The notes under the pieces: generated by a model
Databases searched by the model: none
Told to the model about the DNA's origin: nothing
What the model saw: the letters and a program-made list of their open reading frames with translations, nothing else
Shown here: in pieces, positions 36,727 through 46,670 of the stretch
How the letters are laid out: each line of letters starts with the position of its first letter
Numbering within the stretch: the first letter of the stretch is position 1
Origin: a virus
IMG/VR virus record: IMGVR_UViG_3300023444_000001
Location: 1 to 64,000 of that record
Reading direction: 5' to 3' (one strand)
Length of the DNA: 64,000 nt
Position numbers and translations under genes: made by a program

Positions 36727-37312
36727 TTTCTTTTTCCAATATTTTGCAAGAAAATATCAATCCACGAGGAAAATATTCATACAAAACATCCTCCCGTATA
36801 ACATATCCAAAAAGATAAAAACTTTCCTCAAAATGAAATCTATCTTCATGGGCTAAAACTATAAATTGAGGTTTCATTAAGACTATCTTCTTTATTCCTT
36901 CCTCATATTTATCTTCAAAAAAATACAAGACTTCCGACAAAATCACTGTTGTCCAATATCCTATTTCATCCTCTATATTATCTTTCAAAATATCTTTTTT
37001 TTCAAATTCAATAAGCCCTTCAACCCAATATTTTTCCTTTGCTTCTTCAATCCATTTATCAACTTTATCCCATCCTTTGACATACCTTCCCGGAAGCAAT
37101 GAAGTTAAATTTCCCTGACAACAACCAATCTCCAGCGTATTACCTTCAAAAATCTCTTTTACTCGCCTTAATAATCTATTCAACCAAATGGCCCGTAAAG
37201 AAAAGAGATTGAATCCTTCTGACCCAACCACACTCATATCCCAGGCACTATCTTTAGTAATTTGATCTGAGTAATCAATATTAGTCCAAAGATTATTCTT
37301 TATGTCTTTCAT
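36695..37312 (-). CDS. Class I SAM-dependent methyltransferase
   Basis: LEIGCCQG and SEVLYF (NodS-like flavour). Confidence 0.8.
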   Translation of the reverse strand: MKDIKNNLWTNIDYSDQITKDSAWDMSVVGSEGFNLFSLRAIWLNRLLRRVKEIFEGNTLEIGCCQGNLTSLLPGRYVKGWDKVDKWIEEAKEKYWVEGLIEFEKKDILKDNIEDEIGYWTTVILSEVLYFFEDKYEEGIKKIVLMKPQFIVLAHEDRFHFEESFYLFGYVIREDVLYEYFPRGLIFSCKILEKENEGFDYSGPS

Positions 37313-38109
37313 ATCGAATATACAACCTTAAATCTACGCCGTTCTATTTCTGAACAAATCAATATTTGTCTTCCATCATCAGAGCATAAAATTCGATCTT
37401 CTCCAAATACTCCAAAACCTTTTTTCACAGTAAAACGTTCTCCTCTTTTACAAAAGCATCCACAAACCCATCCATCCTCTAATATTTCTACTTGTTCTCC
37501 AACTCGAAGAAAACATTCTTGTGGTTTAATATAATATCCTATTCCACACTGATGATTGCTTTCATCAATTTCAATTCCATTATATTTGGCTTTTATTTCC
37601 CTCCACAAAACCGGAACCTCAAATTCACTTTTATTTCCACAGTCAAAAATATTGTGAAACGCAATTATTCCTTCAGATCTAACTAAAGGAGTATATAATT
37701 CATAATCTCTTCTTGCACAAACTATATCATGATTTCCATCAATAAAAAGAGCATCAACAAAATCTTCTCCAACTATTTTCTTAATCATACCAGATAAAAT
37801 AACCGGAGAAGACTCTCTTATTGAATCTAAATTCAAATAAATCGGCCAATATTTTGGATCGTTCCCAATCCATTTTGCTTTACATATATCAATATCAATA
37901 CTAAACACCCAATCACAAACATGACAAAAAGCCCAAGCAGTATATCCTTGACTTGCTCCTATTTCAACTAAAACCTTTGGCTCTATTCCTTTCAAAATAT
38001 TCAAAAATACAAATAATTCTCTTGAATTTTGTTCCCCTCCTAAACTTTCAGAACGTTCTGCTATTTTCCACAATTCTTTCATATTCCATGATTTAACCAT
38101 TACATCCAC
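37309..38109 (-). CDS. Class I SAM methyltransferase (Methyltransf_24-like)
   Basis: VEIGASQG, SIDID, LFIDGNH, GIIAFH. Confidence 0.82.
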   Translation of the reverse strand: MDVMVKSWNMKELWKIAERSESLGGEQNSRELFVFLNILKGIEPKVLVEIGASQGYTAWAFCHVCDWVFSIDIDICKAKWIGNDPKYWPIYLNLDSIRESSPVILSGMIKKIVGEDFVDALFIDGNHDIVCARRDYELYTPLVRSEGIIAFHNIFDCGNKSEFEVPVLWREIKAKYNGIEIDESNHQCGIGYYIKPQECFLRVGEQVEILEDGWVCGCFCKRGERFTVKKGFGVFGEDRILCSDDGRQILICSEIERRRFKVVYSI

Positions 38110-39098
38110 CTTCCAAGCAACCTTGTATATCCTTCTTTCATAACAGCAAAAGAATAATTCTCTCTAATAAATTCTCTATTTACATCAATAAATCCATCCC
38201 AACTTTTAACTGCTGTTTCAAGGCACTGATATACTGTTTCATCATCAGCAAACAGTACTTTCTTTCCCTTAATATGAAAATAATCTGGAATATTTGGCAA
38301 AACTAAAGCCCTTCCTGAAGCCATAGCCTCTAAAGCCGGATATGAAAAAGTATCAGTCAACGAATAATTCCAATATACCTTCGATTCCATAAATGCTTGA
38401 GCCATCTCATTTCTATTCAAACTAAACCGTGTCTCAACGTTAGACAAATTCAATGCTTCAACCTTCTTAGCCTCTTCTTCCCAAGGAAAAACAAGCAAAA
38501 ACTTTATTTTCTTCAAATCTCTAATTATACTTAATACTTCATCTATTCTTCTAATTAGATGCCAATGCCCAGTCCATAAAACATCAAATTTTATGGGTCT
38601 CTCCCTGTCTACGCCAAAAGTTTGGAGGTCAATACACAATGGAATTACAACTAATTCTTTTGGAATAGCATAAGGAAAGACCCGAATTATCCTTTCAATA
38701 CATTCCTTTGTTGGAACAACCATTAACGGTAATTCAAACATGAATTGTCTCATTTCACTAATTGCTTTCTTATCCCATAAATGGGGAATATAATGAGCAT
38801 AATAAATCGTTTTATCATACCATAAAGACAAAAACCTATATCCCAAATTTCCATAAAAGACTACATCTGGACATATTTTCTCTAATTTCTGCAATACAGA
38901 CCAATAATTCACCAAAGCATTTTTTTCATATTCCCATTTTGAATCCTTATTTTCCAACAAATTTGTCTTAATCTCAGATTTCACAAGAGAAAATTCTATA
39001 CCTAACTCCTCACAAATTCTCTTTATCTGAAGGATAAATGTATGATGACCTCCAGTCTTTTCTGCTTGCATTTTCTGCGTAACATAAACTACTTTCAT
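38100..39098 (-). CDS. GT-B (family 4-like) glycosyltransferase
   Basis: GG in the N-terminal loop; DTFSYPALEAMASG. Confidence 0.85.
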   Translation of the reverse strand: MKVVYVTQKMQAEKTGGHHTFILQIKRICEELGIEFSLVKSEIKTNLLENKDSKWEYEKNALVNYWSVLQKLEKICPDVVFYGNLGYRFLSLWYDKTIYYAHYIPHLWDKKAISEMRQFMFELPLMVVPTKECIERIIRVFPYAIPKELVVIPLCIDLQTFGVDRERPIKFDVLWTGHWHLIRRIDEVLSIIRDLKKIKFLLVFPWEEEAKKVEALNLSNVETRFSLNRNEMAQAFMESKVYWNYSLTDTFSYPALEAMASGRALVLPNIPDYFHIKGKKVLFADDETVYQCLETAVKSWDGFIDVNREFIRENYSFAVMKEGYTRLLGRWM

Positions 39099-39110
39099 AC
39101 TTCAGTCTCC

Positions 39111-39812
39111 TCAAGCAATAATTTTTTTCACACTTAAAATATCATTGCATCTCTCTTTATCATAATATCCTATTTTAGCCCTTTTAACATATTCATCAAA
39201 TAAAAAACTTTCTGCAGGCCACATTGCAAAATTATTTCTCAACTCATCTTCTGAAAAAAATCCATAAAGACCAAAAAATCTCCTTAAACAGGCTGGACAA
39301 TTTCCACAATGTCCAAAATTTCCATTATAACATGACACAGTGCTCAACAATACATCTTTAGGATACTTACTTTTTAAGTACCAACTTATTATCCTTCTTT
39401 TAGTCCAAAAGAGAAAAGGAGAAAAAATTTCTATTTTTTTCTCCTTTCCGAGTTTTGTCAAACATTCAGATAAAATCTTATTTGCTTGTTTTCCTTTATC
39501 CTCAACTTTATCACCACAAATACCAATAAGCCCAATTTTATTTCCGTAATTGGCCGCTATTGTACAAAGAATTATATTTCTCCACGGAATATAAAAATCC
39601 TTTCTTTCCCAATTTCTACCATAATTTTTAGCCGAGTCATCAATCAATAAATCCATCCCAACTTTCTCTGCTATCATTTTAACAGCAAACTTTTCCTTTT
39701 CTATATATTTGCTTCCAATATCAACAAATAAAACTGAGGGTTTGTCAAGATACCACCATGCACAATATGAATCTACTCCCCCACTAAAAAGCAAAATCAA
39801 ATCTTGTGGCAT
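39111..39812 (-). CDS. queC: 7-cyano-7-deazaguanine synthase
   Basis: SGGVDS, IPWRN, SP-x-x-x-x-TK, SCY...CGNCPACLRR. Confidence 0.88.
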   Translation of the reverse strand: MPQDLILLFSGGVDSYCAWWYLDKPSVLFVDIGSKYIEKEKFAVKMIAEKVGMDLLIDDSAKNYGRNWERKDFYIPWRNIILCTIAANYGNKIGLIGICGDKVEDKGKQANKILSECLTKLGKEKKIEIFSPFLFWTKRRIISWYLKSKYPKDVLLSTVSCYNGNFGHCGNCPACLRRFFGLYGFFSEDELRNNFAMWPAESFLFDEYVKRAKIGYYDKERCNDILSVKKIIA

Positions 39813-39886
39813 ACAATATTATCCTTATCTTTGATTCTTCAAAACCATCTTTGTATTCATAAAAGTAAAATTTCTCTTAATTTATC

Positions 39887-40804
39887 CTATCCTCTATAAT
39901 CATGAGTTAATACCTTATTCTTTGGTTCTGACCATTCTAATTGAACCTTGTGATTGTAATAACATCCACTACAATTTTTTACCGATTCTATCCATTGTTG
40001 TTTGTATTTTTTCAAATCCCAGGAAAAAATATCAAAAGAAAACTGACCAAATACATCGTTACACGCAAGAATTTTTCCATCGCAATCTATTATCAAATAA
40101 TCCGGCTTGGAACAATGCCAAGATAAATTCCAATATTTGGGCAAACCCTCAAAATAATCGCGAATATTGTGGATTTTAAGCCCCTCATCAATTAACTTAA
40201 GTCCTATCTTTCTTATCTTTTTCGCTTGCTCAAAATTGATAGCAAGATCATTTTTGAACCTAAATTCTCCATCTCCACTGTGAACTATTCCTGCTATAAT
40301 CCAAATTCCCTTTGAATCAAAAAATCTTACTATATCTTCAAATTCTAAATAATTTTCCTTCGTCAATATAACATTCGCTGTTCTATCCCCTATATGAGTA
40401 TTTTTAACCAATGCTCTTTTCCCCATTACAGCCTTATACAAATCTGCCTTTTCTTTTCTTAAACTTAAAATGGGTTTACCATCATTTCTCTCTTTTAATG
40501 TATCCACAGAACAAGTTAAACTCTTCAAATTATCAGGAACAATTCTTGTTCCATTTGTAATAACAGTATATGGAATATCAAGATTATTAACTTCATCTAC
40601 AATTTCTCTAAAATCCTTTCTTAAAAGAGGCTCTCCGCCAAACAAAACCAAGATTTCCGGATCAATTTTCTTGATGATTCTCAAAACATCAAAAATTTTA
40701 TCTTTTGATAATTCATTCTTTATTCCCCTTCTTGGAACTCTACAATATCTACACCGGATATTGCATCTTCGAGTCAAATATAGACAAACTTCCCTTATCA
40801 TCAT
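39887..40804 (-). CDS. Radical SAM enzyme with a SPASM/twitch-like C-terminus
   Basis: CNIRCRYC, GGEP, TNG, C...DG-x-x-x-AC...CSGC. Confidence 0.88.
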   Translation of the reverse strand: MMIREVCLYLTRRCNIRCRYCRVPRRGIKNELSKDKIFDVLRIIKKIDPEILVLFGGEPLLRKDFREIVDEVNNLDIPYTVITNGTRIVPDNLKSLTCSVDTLKERNDGKPILSLRKEKADLYKAVMGKRALVKNTHIGDRTANVILTKENYLEFEDIVRFFDSKGIWIIAGIVHSGDGEFRFKNDLAINFEQAKKIRKIGLKLIDEGLKIHNIRDYFEGLPKYWNLSWHCSKPDYLIIDCDGKILACNDVFGQFSFDIFSWDLKKYKQQWIESVKNCSGCYYNHKVQLEWSEPKNKVLTHDYRG

Positions 40805-40945
40805 TCCAAACCAAAATTAAGAGTTGAACACCTGCCTTACTATCCTTATAATTCTTAAAATAAGCCGCACAGTAAGGTTTTCTTTTCAAAAAGGTATATT
40901 GAGTAGAAGAATAATAAAAACCTTCCTCAGACGTTTGAAACAAGG

Positions 40946-41896
40946 TCATTTATATATTCTCCCTTGAGATACAACCTCTCTTGCCATTCTTGTTTCTATC
41001 ATAGCCTGTGGTATAAATTTCCAAGGTCTCTCCAAAAACCCAGTTACGAGAAAATCATCCTCAACCCAAATTTCCAAATTTTTCTCTCTTGCCATATTCC
41101 AAATATCCCAAACTCTTTTATTCTCATTAAATCCCATCCCATAGTAAAATCCTATTGGAAAAACAAAATAAGCATCAAACCCAGGCACATAATCATTCTT
41201 TTCCCATAGAATCTGAACTCTCTTATTTCTATAATTTAATTTCGATTGGATCAACCTATGAACTCTACAATGATCCCATTGAACATCTAACCGAGGATAA
41301 GCCTTTCCCAATTCAGCCACTATTTTATCCACAAACTTAAACTTAACATCCGAAAAATAATGAAGATTTAACCACATACAGTAATCTTCAGCACCTTGAA
41401 ACTTTGGATTAAATGGAAATCTCATAAATATACTTTTATCGGCTATAGCCGCTCCAATTGAAATTCCATTGAACCAATTAAGCCAAGACCTCCATACATC
41501 TTCTCTCGGATCAGGTATTTTTCTTCCCCTATATAAACAGGAAAAATAACAAACAGTATTTGGCTCACAAGCCTCAAACATATCCTTTACCACTTTGGGA
41601 GAAGTAAATACATCATCAGAATCTCGCAATAGAATAAATCTTCCTCTCGCTGATTTTATTCCAAAATTTCTTGCCTCAGACAAACCATGATTTTTTTCCC
41701 ATCCAACCAAGTTCCATAATACACCTTTAAGATTCTCTTCAACTATATCTTTTATTTCAGGCCCTCCATCGCGAACAATTATAACTTCAAAATTTACTCC
41801 CCTTTGAAAACTTAATGACCTTAATACCTTTTTGAACATATCCTTACGCCAATCAGAATCTATTAAAACAGGAATAATTACTGATACATCTATCAT
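40946..41896 (-). CDS. GT-A (family 2) glycosyltransferase
   Basis: VSVIIP, RDG, ARNFG, DSDD, AEDY. Confidence 0.88.
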   Translation of the reverse strand: MIDVSVIIPVLIDSDWRKDMFKKVLRSLSFQRGVNFEVIIVRDGGPEIKDIVEENLKGVLWNLVGWEKNHGLSEARNFGIKSARGRFILLRDSDDVFTSPKVVKDMFEACEPNTVCYFSCLYRGRKIPDPREDVWRSWLNWFNGISIGAAIADKSIFMRFPFNPKFQGAEDYCMWLNLHYFSDVKFKFVDKIVAELGKAYPRLDVQWDHCRVHRLIQSKLNYRNKRVQILWEKNDYVPGFDAYFVFPIGFYYGMGFNENKRVWDIWNMAREKNLEIWVEDDFLVTGFLERPWKFIPQAMIETRMAREVVSQGRIYK

Positions 41897-41899
41897 CTT

Positions 41900-42475
41900 T
41901 CACTCTCCATTCTTATGCAGAAACAAATTCATAGCCTCTTCCTTCGGAAAATTTTCCCCTCTAATTGCACTCGTAGTAACTACAACTCCAGGCTCTTTAA
42001 TTCCTCTCATTTGCATACATAAATGCTGACCTTGAAGAACAACCATCACTCCAAAAGCGTCTAAAACATCAAAAAGAAAATTTGCAATTTCTTGGGTCAT
42101 TTCCTCCTGTACTTGAGGCTTTTTGGCAAAATACTTGATTATTCTTACTACTTTAGATAATCCAACATACTTGGCATCAGGAAGGTATGCTACGTAAGCC
42201 TTTCCAAAAAATGGCAAAAAATGGTGGCTACACACAGAATAAAACGAAATATCCGAAAATACTATGAGTTGATTATATTGCTCCCTATTGGGAAAAACAG
42301 TAATTTTATCTAATTCTGACTTATCCCACATGGCCCCACAAATATCAAAAAGCATCATATGAGCCCATCTTTTTGGGGTATCTTTCAAATTAGGCAAAGT
42401 TAAATCAAATCCCAAAATATCAAGAATATCTGAAAACTTCTCTTCTAATTGTCTTTCAATCTTTAATGTGTTCAT
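41900..42475 (-). CDS. folE: GTP cyclohydrolase I
   Basis: TPKR, CSHHFLPF, GLSK, QVQE, HLCMQMRG. Confidence 0.95.
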   Translation of the reverse strand: MNTLKIERQLEEKFSDILDILGFDLTLPNLKDTPKRWAHMMLFDICGAMWDKSELDKITVFPNREQYNQLIVFSDISFYSVCSHHFLPFFGKAYVAYLPDAKYVGLSKVVRIIKYFAKKPQVQEEMTQEIANFLFDVLDAFGVMVVLQGQHLCMQMRGIKEPGVVVTTSAIRGENFPKEEAMNLFLHKNGE

Positions 42476-42710
42476 CTATTTTCTTCAAAATCCCCAAAAC
42501 TGCTGAACTATCTCTAAAAACCATTCCTGTAAAAGTCTTAGGACAATCGTCTGGTGATCCAAATTTACAAAAAGGTTCAAAATTATTCACTTCAACTATT
42601 GACCTTTGACACAAACAATTTCTAAAAGAATTAACTCTTAAAATTTGAACTGGAATTTTTTCAAAATTCAAAAGTAAAATATCAACCTCTGAACTTTTAT
42701 TCTCATTCAT
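42456..42710 (-). CDS. Hypothetical Cys-containing protein
   Basis: 84 aa, overlaps queE and folE. Confidence 0.55.
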   Translation of the reverse strand: MNENKSSEVDILLLNFEKIPVQILRVNSFRNCLCQRSIVEVNNFEPFCKFGSPDDCPKTFTGMVFRDSSAVLGILKKIDEHIKD

Positions 42711-43420
42711 TTTAACCCCACAAACTTATGAACTTGGGGGATTATTCTAACCGGATAATTTCTAAAATCCCAATTACTTAAAATATCTTTACAAAATGAT
42801 TTTCCTTTGCTCCACTCAGGTTGAAATACAACAGAAATAAAACTTGGAATATCCTCAAGAATATTCTTAACTTCTTCCATATCTCTCTTTTTTGTCAAAA
42901 CAAACTTAACTTGCCCACTAAATAATCCTTCCTTCATATATAATTTCCAATTATCATTCAATTTTCTTTCTATTTTACTGTTTCCAGAATTTTTTAATTT
43001 CGGAGAAAGTGACCAAAAATCTACCCAAGGAAGCAATGAACTATCAAAAAAAGTCCCATTTGTTTCTATTACTACCCAGTTAAACAACCCCTTATCTTTT
43101 CCCTCATAAATAAATTTTTCCAGAAATCTACTTTGAAGTAAAGGCTCTCCACCTGTAATAACTAAACTTTTTGTCTTCCATCTTCCATCAAAATATCCAA
43201 ACAATTCCTCTTTACTTACTTCATCAAACAAAGAATACTCTGTATCACACCAACTACACTTAAGGTTACATCCCGCCAAACGAATAAAAATACTTGCTTC
43301 TCCAACTATTATTCCTTCTCCTTGTATAGAAAAAAATGGCTCTTTTGCTAATTCTAACCTATTTTTAGCCCGAGTCAATTCCCTCTTCCCTCCATTTCTT
43401 TTAACTCCAATATTCAACAT
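42707..43420 (-). CDS. queE: 7-carboxy-7-deazaguanine synthase
   Basis: FFSIQGEG, GCNLKCSWCDT, TGGEP, ETNG, SPK, QVHK. Confidence 0.95.
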   Translation of the reverse strand: MLNIGVKRNGGKRELTRAKNRLELAKEPFFSIQGEGIIVGEASIFIRLAGCNLKCSWCDTEYSLFDEVSKEELFGYFDGRWKTKSLVITGGEPLLQSRFLEKFIYEGKDKGLFNWVVIETNGTFFDSSLLPWVDFWSLSPKLKNSGNSKIERKLNDNWKLYMKEGLFSGQVKFVLTKKRDMEEVKNILEDIPSFISVVFQPEWSKGKSFCKDILSNWDFRNYPVRIIPQVHKFVGLK

Positions 43421-43772
43421 AATGTTTAGAGGATTCCCAAAGACGTACTTTATCTAACGTGACTTCTACTTGAGAAAAATCTAACTTCTGTTTGAATCTC
43501 TTATAAATCCATTCAGCAAAATTTTCTGCGGTAGGATTACAAGAGACAACTTCATTTAGAAACTTGTGATCTAACTCTACGTCAACTATCTCCTTCAACA
43601 TATCAGAAAAATCAGAAAAATTCCAAACAACCCCATTAGACTTAACAGTTTCAGATATTATAAATACTTCTACTTTCCATGTATGCCCATGCAAATTAGT
43701 ACATTTTCCAAATTCTTTTCCTTTTAACTGATGGGCAGAATCAAATTCTTGACTTATTCGTAACCTAATCAT
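43401..43772 (-). CDS. queD: 6-carboxytetrahydropterin synthase
   Basis: FDSAH, C-x-x-LHGH, LDH, PTAEN, LWES. Confidence 0.95.
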   Translation of the reverse strand: MIRLRISQEFDSAHQLKGKEFGKCTNLHGHTWKVEVFIISETVKSNGVVWNFSDFSDMLKEIVDVELDHKFLNEVVSCNPTAENFAEWIYKRFKQKLDFSQVEVTLDKVRLWESSKHYVEYWS

Positions 43773-43781
43773 TTCATCTCC

Positions 43782-44054
43782 TCACTTGATAATAATATCT
43801 AAAATTATAGCCGATTTTTTGACGCTATCAATTTCTACATCCTTAAATCCTGGCCGAATAAAAACATCCCTACCTTGAGAAGCCAAAATTGAACGTGCAA
43901 TAATTATACCTTTAACCGCTTGATTTACACTTCCAGCCCCAACAGACAATAAACTTACATCATGTCTTTCCTCGTAAGTCTTTACAATAGCCCCAGCCAA
44001 ACTGTGTGCATTTGATTTTGCCGCAACTCGCATTTCCACTTTATCCTGATTCAT
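43782..44054 (-). CDS. spoVS: SpoVS (Alba-like fold) protein
   Basis: RVAAKS...LAGAI...VGAGSVNQAVKGIIIAR...PGF. Confidence 0.9.
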   Translation of the reverse strand: MNQDKVEMRVAAKSNAHSLAGAIVKTYEERHDVSLLSVGAGSVNQAVKGIIIARSILASQGRDVFIRPGFKDVEIDSVKKSAIILDIIIK

Positions 44055-44060
44055 CTGAAA

Positions 44061-44522
44061 CTAATCTCCCTCCGCATACTCAATATTTCCTCTGCGAGTA
44101 ATTTCCCTTGATAACAATGCAGTAGCCTTTTCACACCCCGAACAAATAACCTTAAAATATCTCAATTTCCCTGATTCAACATCTAATCTCTTCTTCAAAA
44201 ATATAACATCTTTTCTGGTATTAGCAAAAGCCTTTCTATCCGAAACATTCTTAAATTCCTCCTGACACTTTTTAGACAATAAAGCCTCTTGATAAGCCGC
44301 ATCTAATGCCGATGTCAAAATAGAAACTACTACCTCTAATTTAACTCTTTGATAATCGGCCCAAATCCCAAACTTAACAAATCTTCCATGTAAAAATCCA
44401 ATTTCTTTAGAAGATAAAACAGTTATATCTTCCGGTAATTCTGGCATTTTTGACTTTTTAGGTTCTTCTAACTCTGACTCCTTCAAATATTTCTTTATTT
44501 CATGTTCTATTTCAAATTCCAT
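44061..44522 (-). CDS. Helical hypothetical protein (possibly UvsY-like)
   Basis: Coiled-coil ending LLSREITRR, near the nuclease and recombinase genes. Confidence 0.5.
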   Translation of the reverse strand: MEFEIEHEIKKYLKESELEEPKKSKMPELPEDITVLSSKEIGFLHGRFVKFGIWADYQRVKLEVVVSILTSALDAAYQEALLSKKCQEEFKNVSDRKAFANTRKDVIFLKKRLDVESGKLRYFKVICSGCEKATALLSREITRRGNIEYAEGD

Positions 44523-44542
44523 AGTAAACTACTGCCTTTCTT

Positions 44543-45541
44543 TTACTTCAAACAAAACAAATAACTCAATGCCTTTCTGCTTCCATCAAGGTCAAAATTC
44601 AAAGTCTGCTTAATAACTTTTTTACCCCATCCACATCCCTCCTTTTCTCTAATTATCAAAGTTTTTGCGTTCCACAAACCTTCAATAAACTCATCAATCG
44701 CTTTAGACTTAATCGAAGCAAGATTTTCCTCTCCTTGAACATTCCCCATTGGTATTCCAAGAAGGGAAGAATGTTTTTCCGACCAACGAATTGGCAATTT
44801 AACCCATTTATCCGAAGAATCAAAATGATACTCAACCTTCATACATTCACCCGGATTGCACCAATACCCAAACTGAATTTCAATCTTTAACTCCCCCTTA
44901 CTATCGCACCAAAACTCAAGGTATTCCGCCAATTTTCTTCCTTTCATCTGTTCTTCCATATACGTCTTATATCTTTCTTCTTCAGTTTGAGAATAATAAT
45001 CCTTTTTCTCTTCCTTTTTTGCATTCAATAATACTTTAGTGCCTACTTTACTTGCCTCAATTACCTCTTTAGTAAATTTAACTCCACCTGGAACTTCAAA
45101 AAGTCCTGATCTTGCATGATCTAATTCAACGAAAAAATTCATTTCTTCTGAATTAAGAGATACTCGCTTTCTCTTCTCATTCAACATAGCAAAAATAGAA
45201 TCCCCTAAAGGAGAACATCTCAAATCCACTGTCCATGAATCATATTTTGGCTCTACCAAATCCCTCAAGGCATTTACACTTGCCTTCTCCTCCTGTAACT
45301 CTCTTTGTATGCCCCGCATTATCTCTAATCTCTCATTCTCAGGAAGAGTGTACTTCCTTTCCATTTCAATAGAATGCTCTAAATCATAAAGCCATCTTTC
45401 AACTGGCCCCATTTCAGATGGGTCTTTCTTATCCCAGTCAAAAGATGATCCTTCCAGATTAGAAGTTGAATCTTGAGCAAAGCCAAGACTTGAGAATACC
45501 ATCGCTACAATTACAACTAAACTTAAAAATACAGTTTTCAT
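44543..45541 (-). CDS. Secreted hypothetical protein
   Basis: Signal peptide MKTVFLSLVVIVAMVFSSLGFA. Confidence 0.7.
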   Translation of the reverse strand: MKTVFLSLVVIVAMVFSSLGFAQDSTSNLEGSSFDWDKKDPSEMGPVERWLYDLEHSIEMERKYTLPENERLEIMRGIQRELQEEKASVNALRDLVEPKYDSWTVDLRCSPLGDSIFAMLNEKRKRVSLNSEEMNFFVELDHARSGLFEVPGGVKFTKEVIEASKVGTKVLLNAKKEEKKDYYSQTEEERYKTYMEEQMKGRKLAEYLEFWCDSKGELKIEIQFGYWCNPGECMKVEYHFDSSDKWVKLPIRWSEKHSSLLGIPMGNVQGEENLASIKSKAIDEFIEGLWNAKTLIIREKEGCGWGKKVIKQTLNFDLDGSRKALSYLFCLK

Positions 45542-45558
45542 TTCAACAACTCCTGAAG

Positions 45559-45828
45559 TTAAACCTTGAACTTACCTCTATTTCTCACAACATCAATTTT
45601 AGGTTTTACAATTTGAATCCTGCTATTTTTCAAATGAGCCATAAGAATCAAAGCCAATTTCTCAAATTTCAAATCCTCCTCTACTTGTCTGCATAATTCT
45701 CTAATCTCTTCAATAGAAGCCGCCCTTACAATATTCTCTGAAGAAATTTCCTGCAACACAACTCTACCTGAAGTTTCCTTGAATAAAGCAATTCCATATT
45801 CAAATTTCTTCTCACTATTCTTACTCAT
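45559..45828 (-). CDS. Hypothetical protein
   Basis: ATGA overlap with the upstream gene. Confidence 0.6.
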   Translation of the reverse strand: MSKNSEKKFEYGIALFKETSGRVVLQEISSENIVRAASIEEIRELCRQVEEDLKFEKLALILMAHLKNSRIQIVKPKIDVVRNRGKFKV

Positions 45829-46661
45829 GTCAACTCCTCAAACCGAGTATCACTAAAACAAATTGAACACCAAGGGCATGATTTAGCAGTTGAATCCTTT
45901 GTTCCCTTACAAAATCTATCAGCAAACCTCCCATCTCTTATATTCTCCAAAACAAGATCAACTCCATCAAAGATTCTATCCACAATCTCATCATTACGAT
46001 TGATACAAAACTCTTTTACATCCCTCAAATCTCCAGACAAAAGAGTAGATTTAGGCATTCTTACTGCCGCCACCCAATCTTTACAATAATACTGAACTCT
46101 AACTTTTTTACATCCTCTCTGTCGAGCATACAAATATGCTTGAATCTTATGAACATCTTTTGCTTCCTTCAAATAAGCAAAAGAAGCCGCAGTAATAGAC
46201 TTCAATTCAAAAATTTCCTCCTCACATCCCTTTTCTAACTCAAATACTCCATCCGCATGACCCAAAATTTTTCTTTTAGAATCAAAAAAATTCACTTCTC
46301 TCTCAAATTTATACAAAAAACCCTTTTTAACCATCTCCTCATAACAAGTTTGAAACCAACTATGTACTATTATTCCAAACGAAAATGTCCTCAATAAAAC
46401 AGGATCAACAAGTGCTTTCTCTTTATCAGAAGGCTCAACTTTCATCTTAATGTATTGAAGTCTCCTCAAACATTTCTCTCCAGCAAGAGAAGAAATATGA
46501 AATACTCCGATCTTTCTTTTCTCAAAATCATGAAAAACCGGAGTAATCTCATATCCATGCGAATCCATCCAATATAAAAATGAATTTAATCTTTCAATCA
46601 ACTGTGCTCCATTTGCTTTCTTTTGTTCTCGTATATTATCTAAAACATTTCTTAAAGTCAA
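45825..46661 (-). CDS. Cas4-like PD-(D/E)XK exonuclease
   Basis: H-x-SS...C, GHADG, ELKS, QAYLY, C-terminal CPWCSIC. Confidence 0.82.
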   Translation of the reverse strand: MTLRNVLDNIREQKKANGAQLIERLNSFLYWMDSHGYEITPVFHDFEKRKIGVFHISSLAGEKCLRRLQYIKMKVEPSDKEKALVDPVLLRTFSFGIIVHSWFQTCYEEMVKKGFLYKFEREVNFFDSKRKILGHADGVFELEKGCEEEIFELKSITAASFAYLKEAKDVHKIQAYLYARQRGCKKVRVQYYCKDWVAAVRMPKSTLLSGDLRDVKEFCINRNDEIVDRIFDGVDLVLENIRDGRFADRFCKGTKDSTAKSCPWCSICFSDTRFEELT

Positions 46662-46670
46662 TTTATTCTC

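Noticed and set aside
39111-43772. que genes as tRNA queuosine auxiliary metabolism
   Set aside because: No queF, queA or canonical tgt is seen, and the adjacent DpdA-like gene points to DNA modification.
45825-46661. Cas4-like gene as part of a phage CRISPR-Cas locus
   Set aside because: It is 15 kb from the repeat, there are no cas1/2/3/5/7/8 genes, and stand-alone Cas4-like nucleases are common in phage recombination modules.
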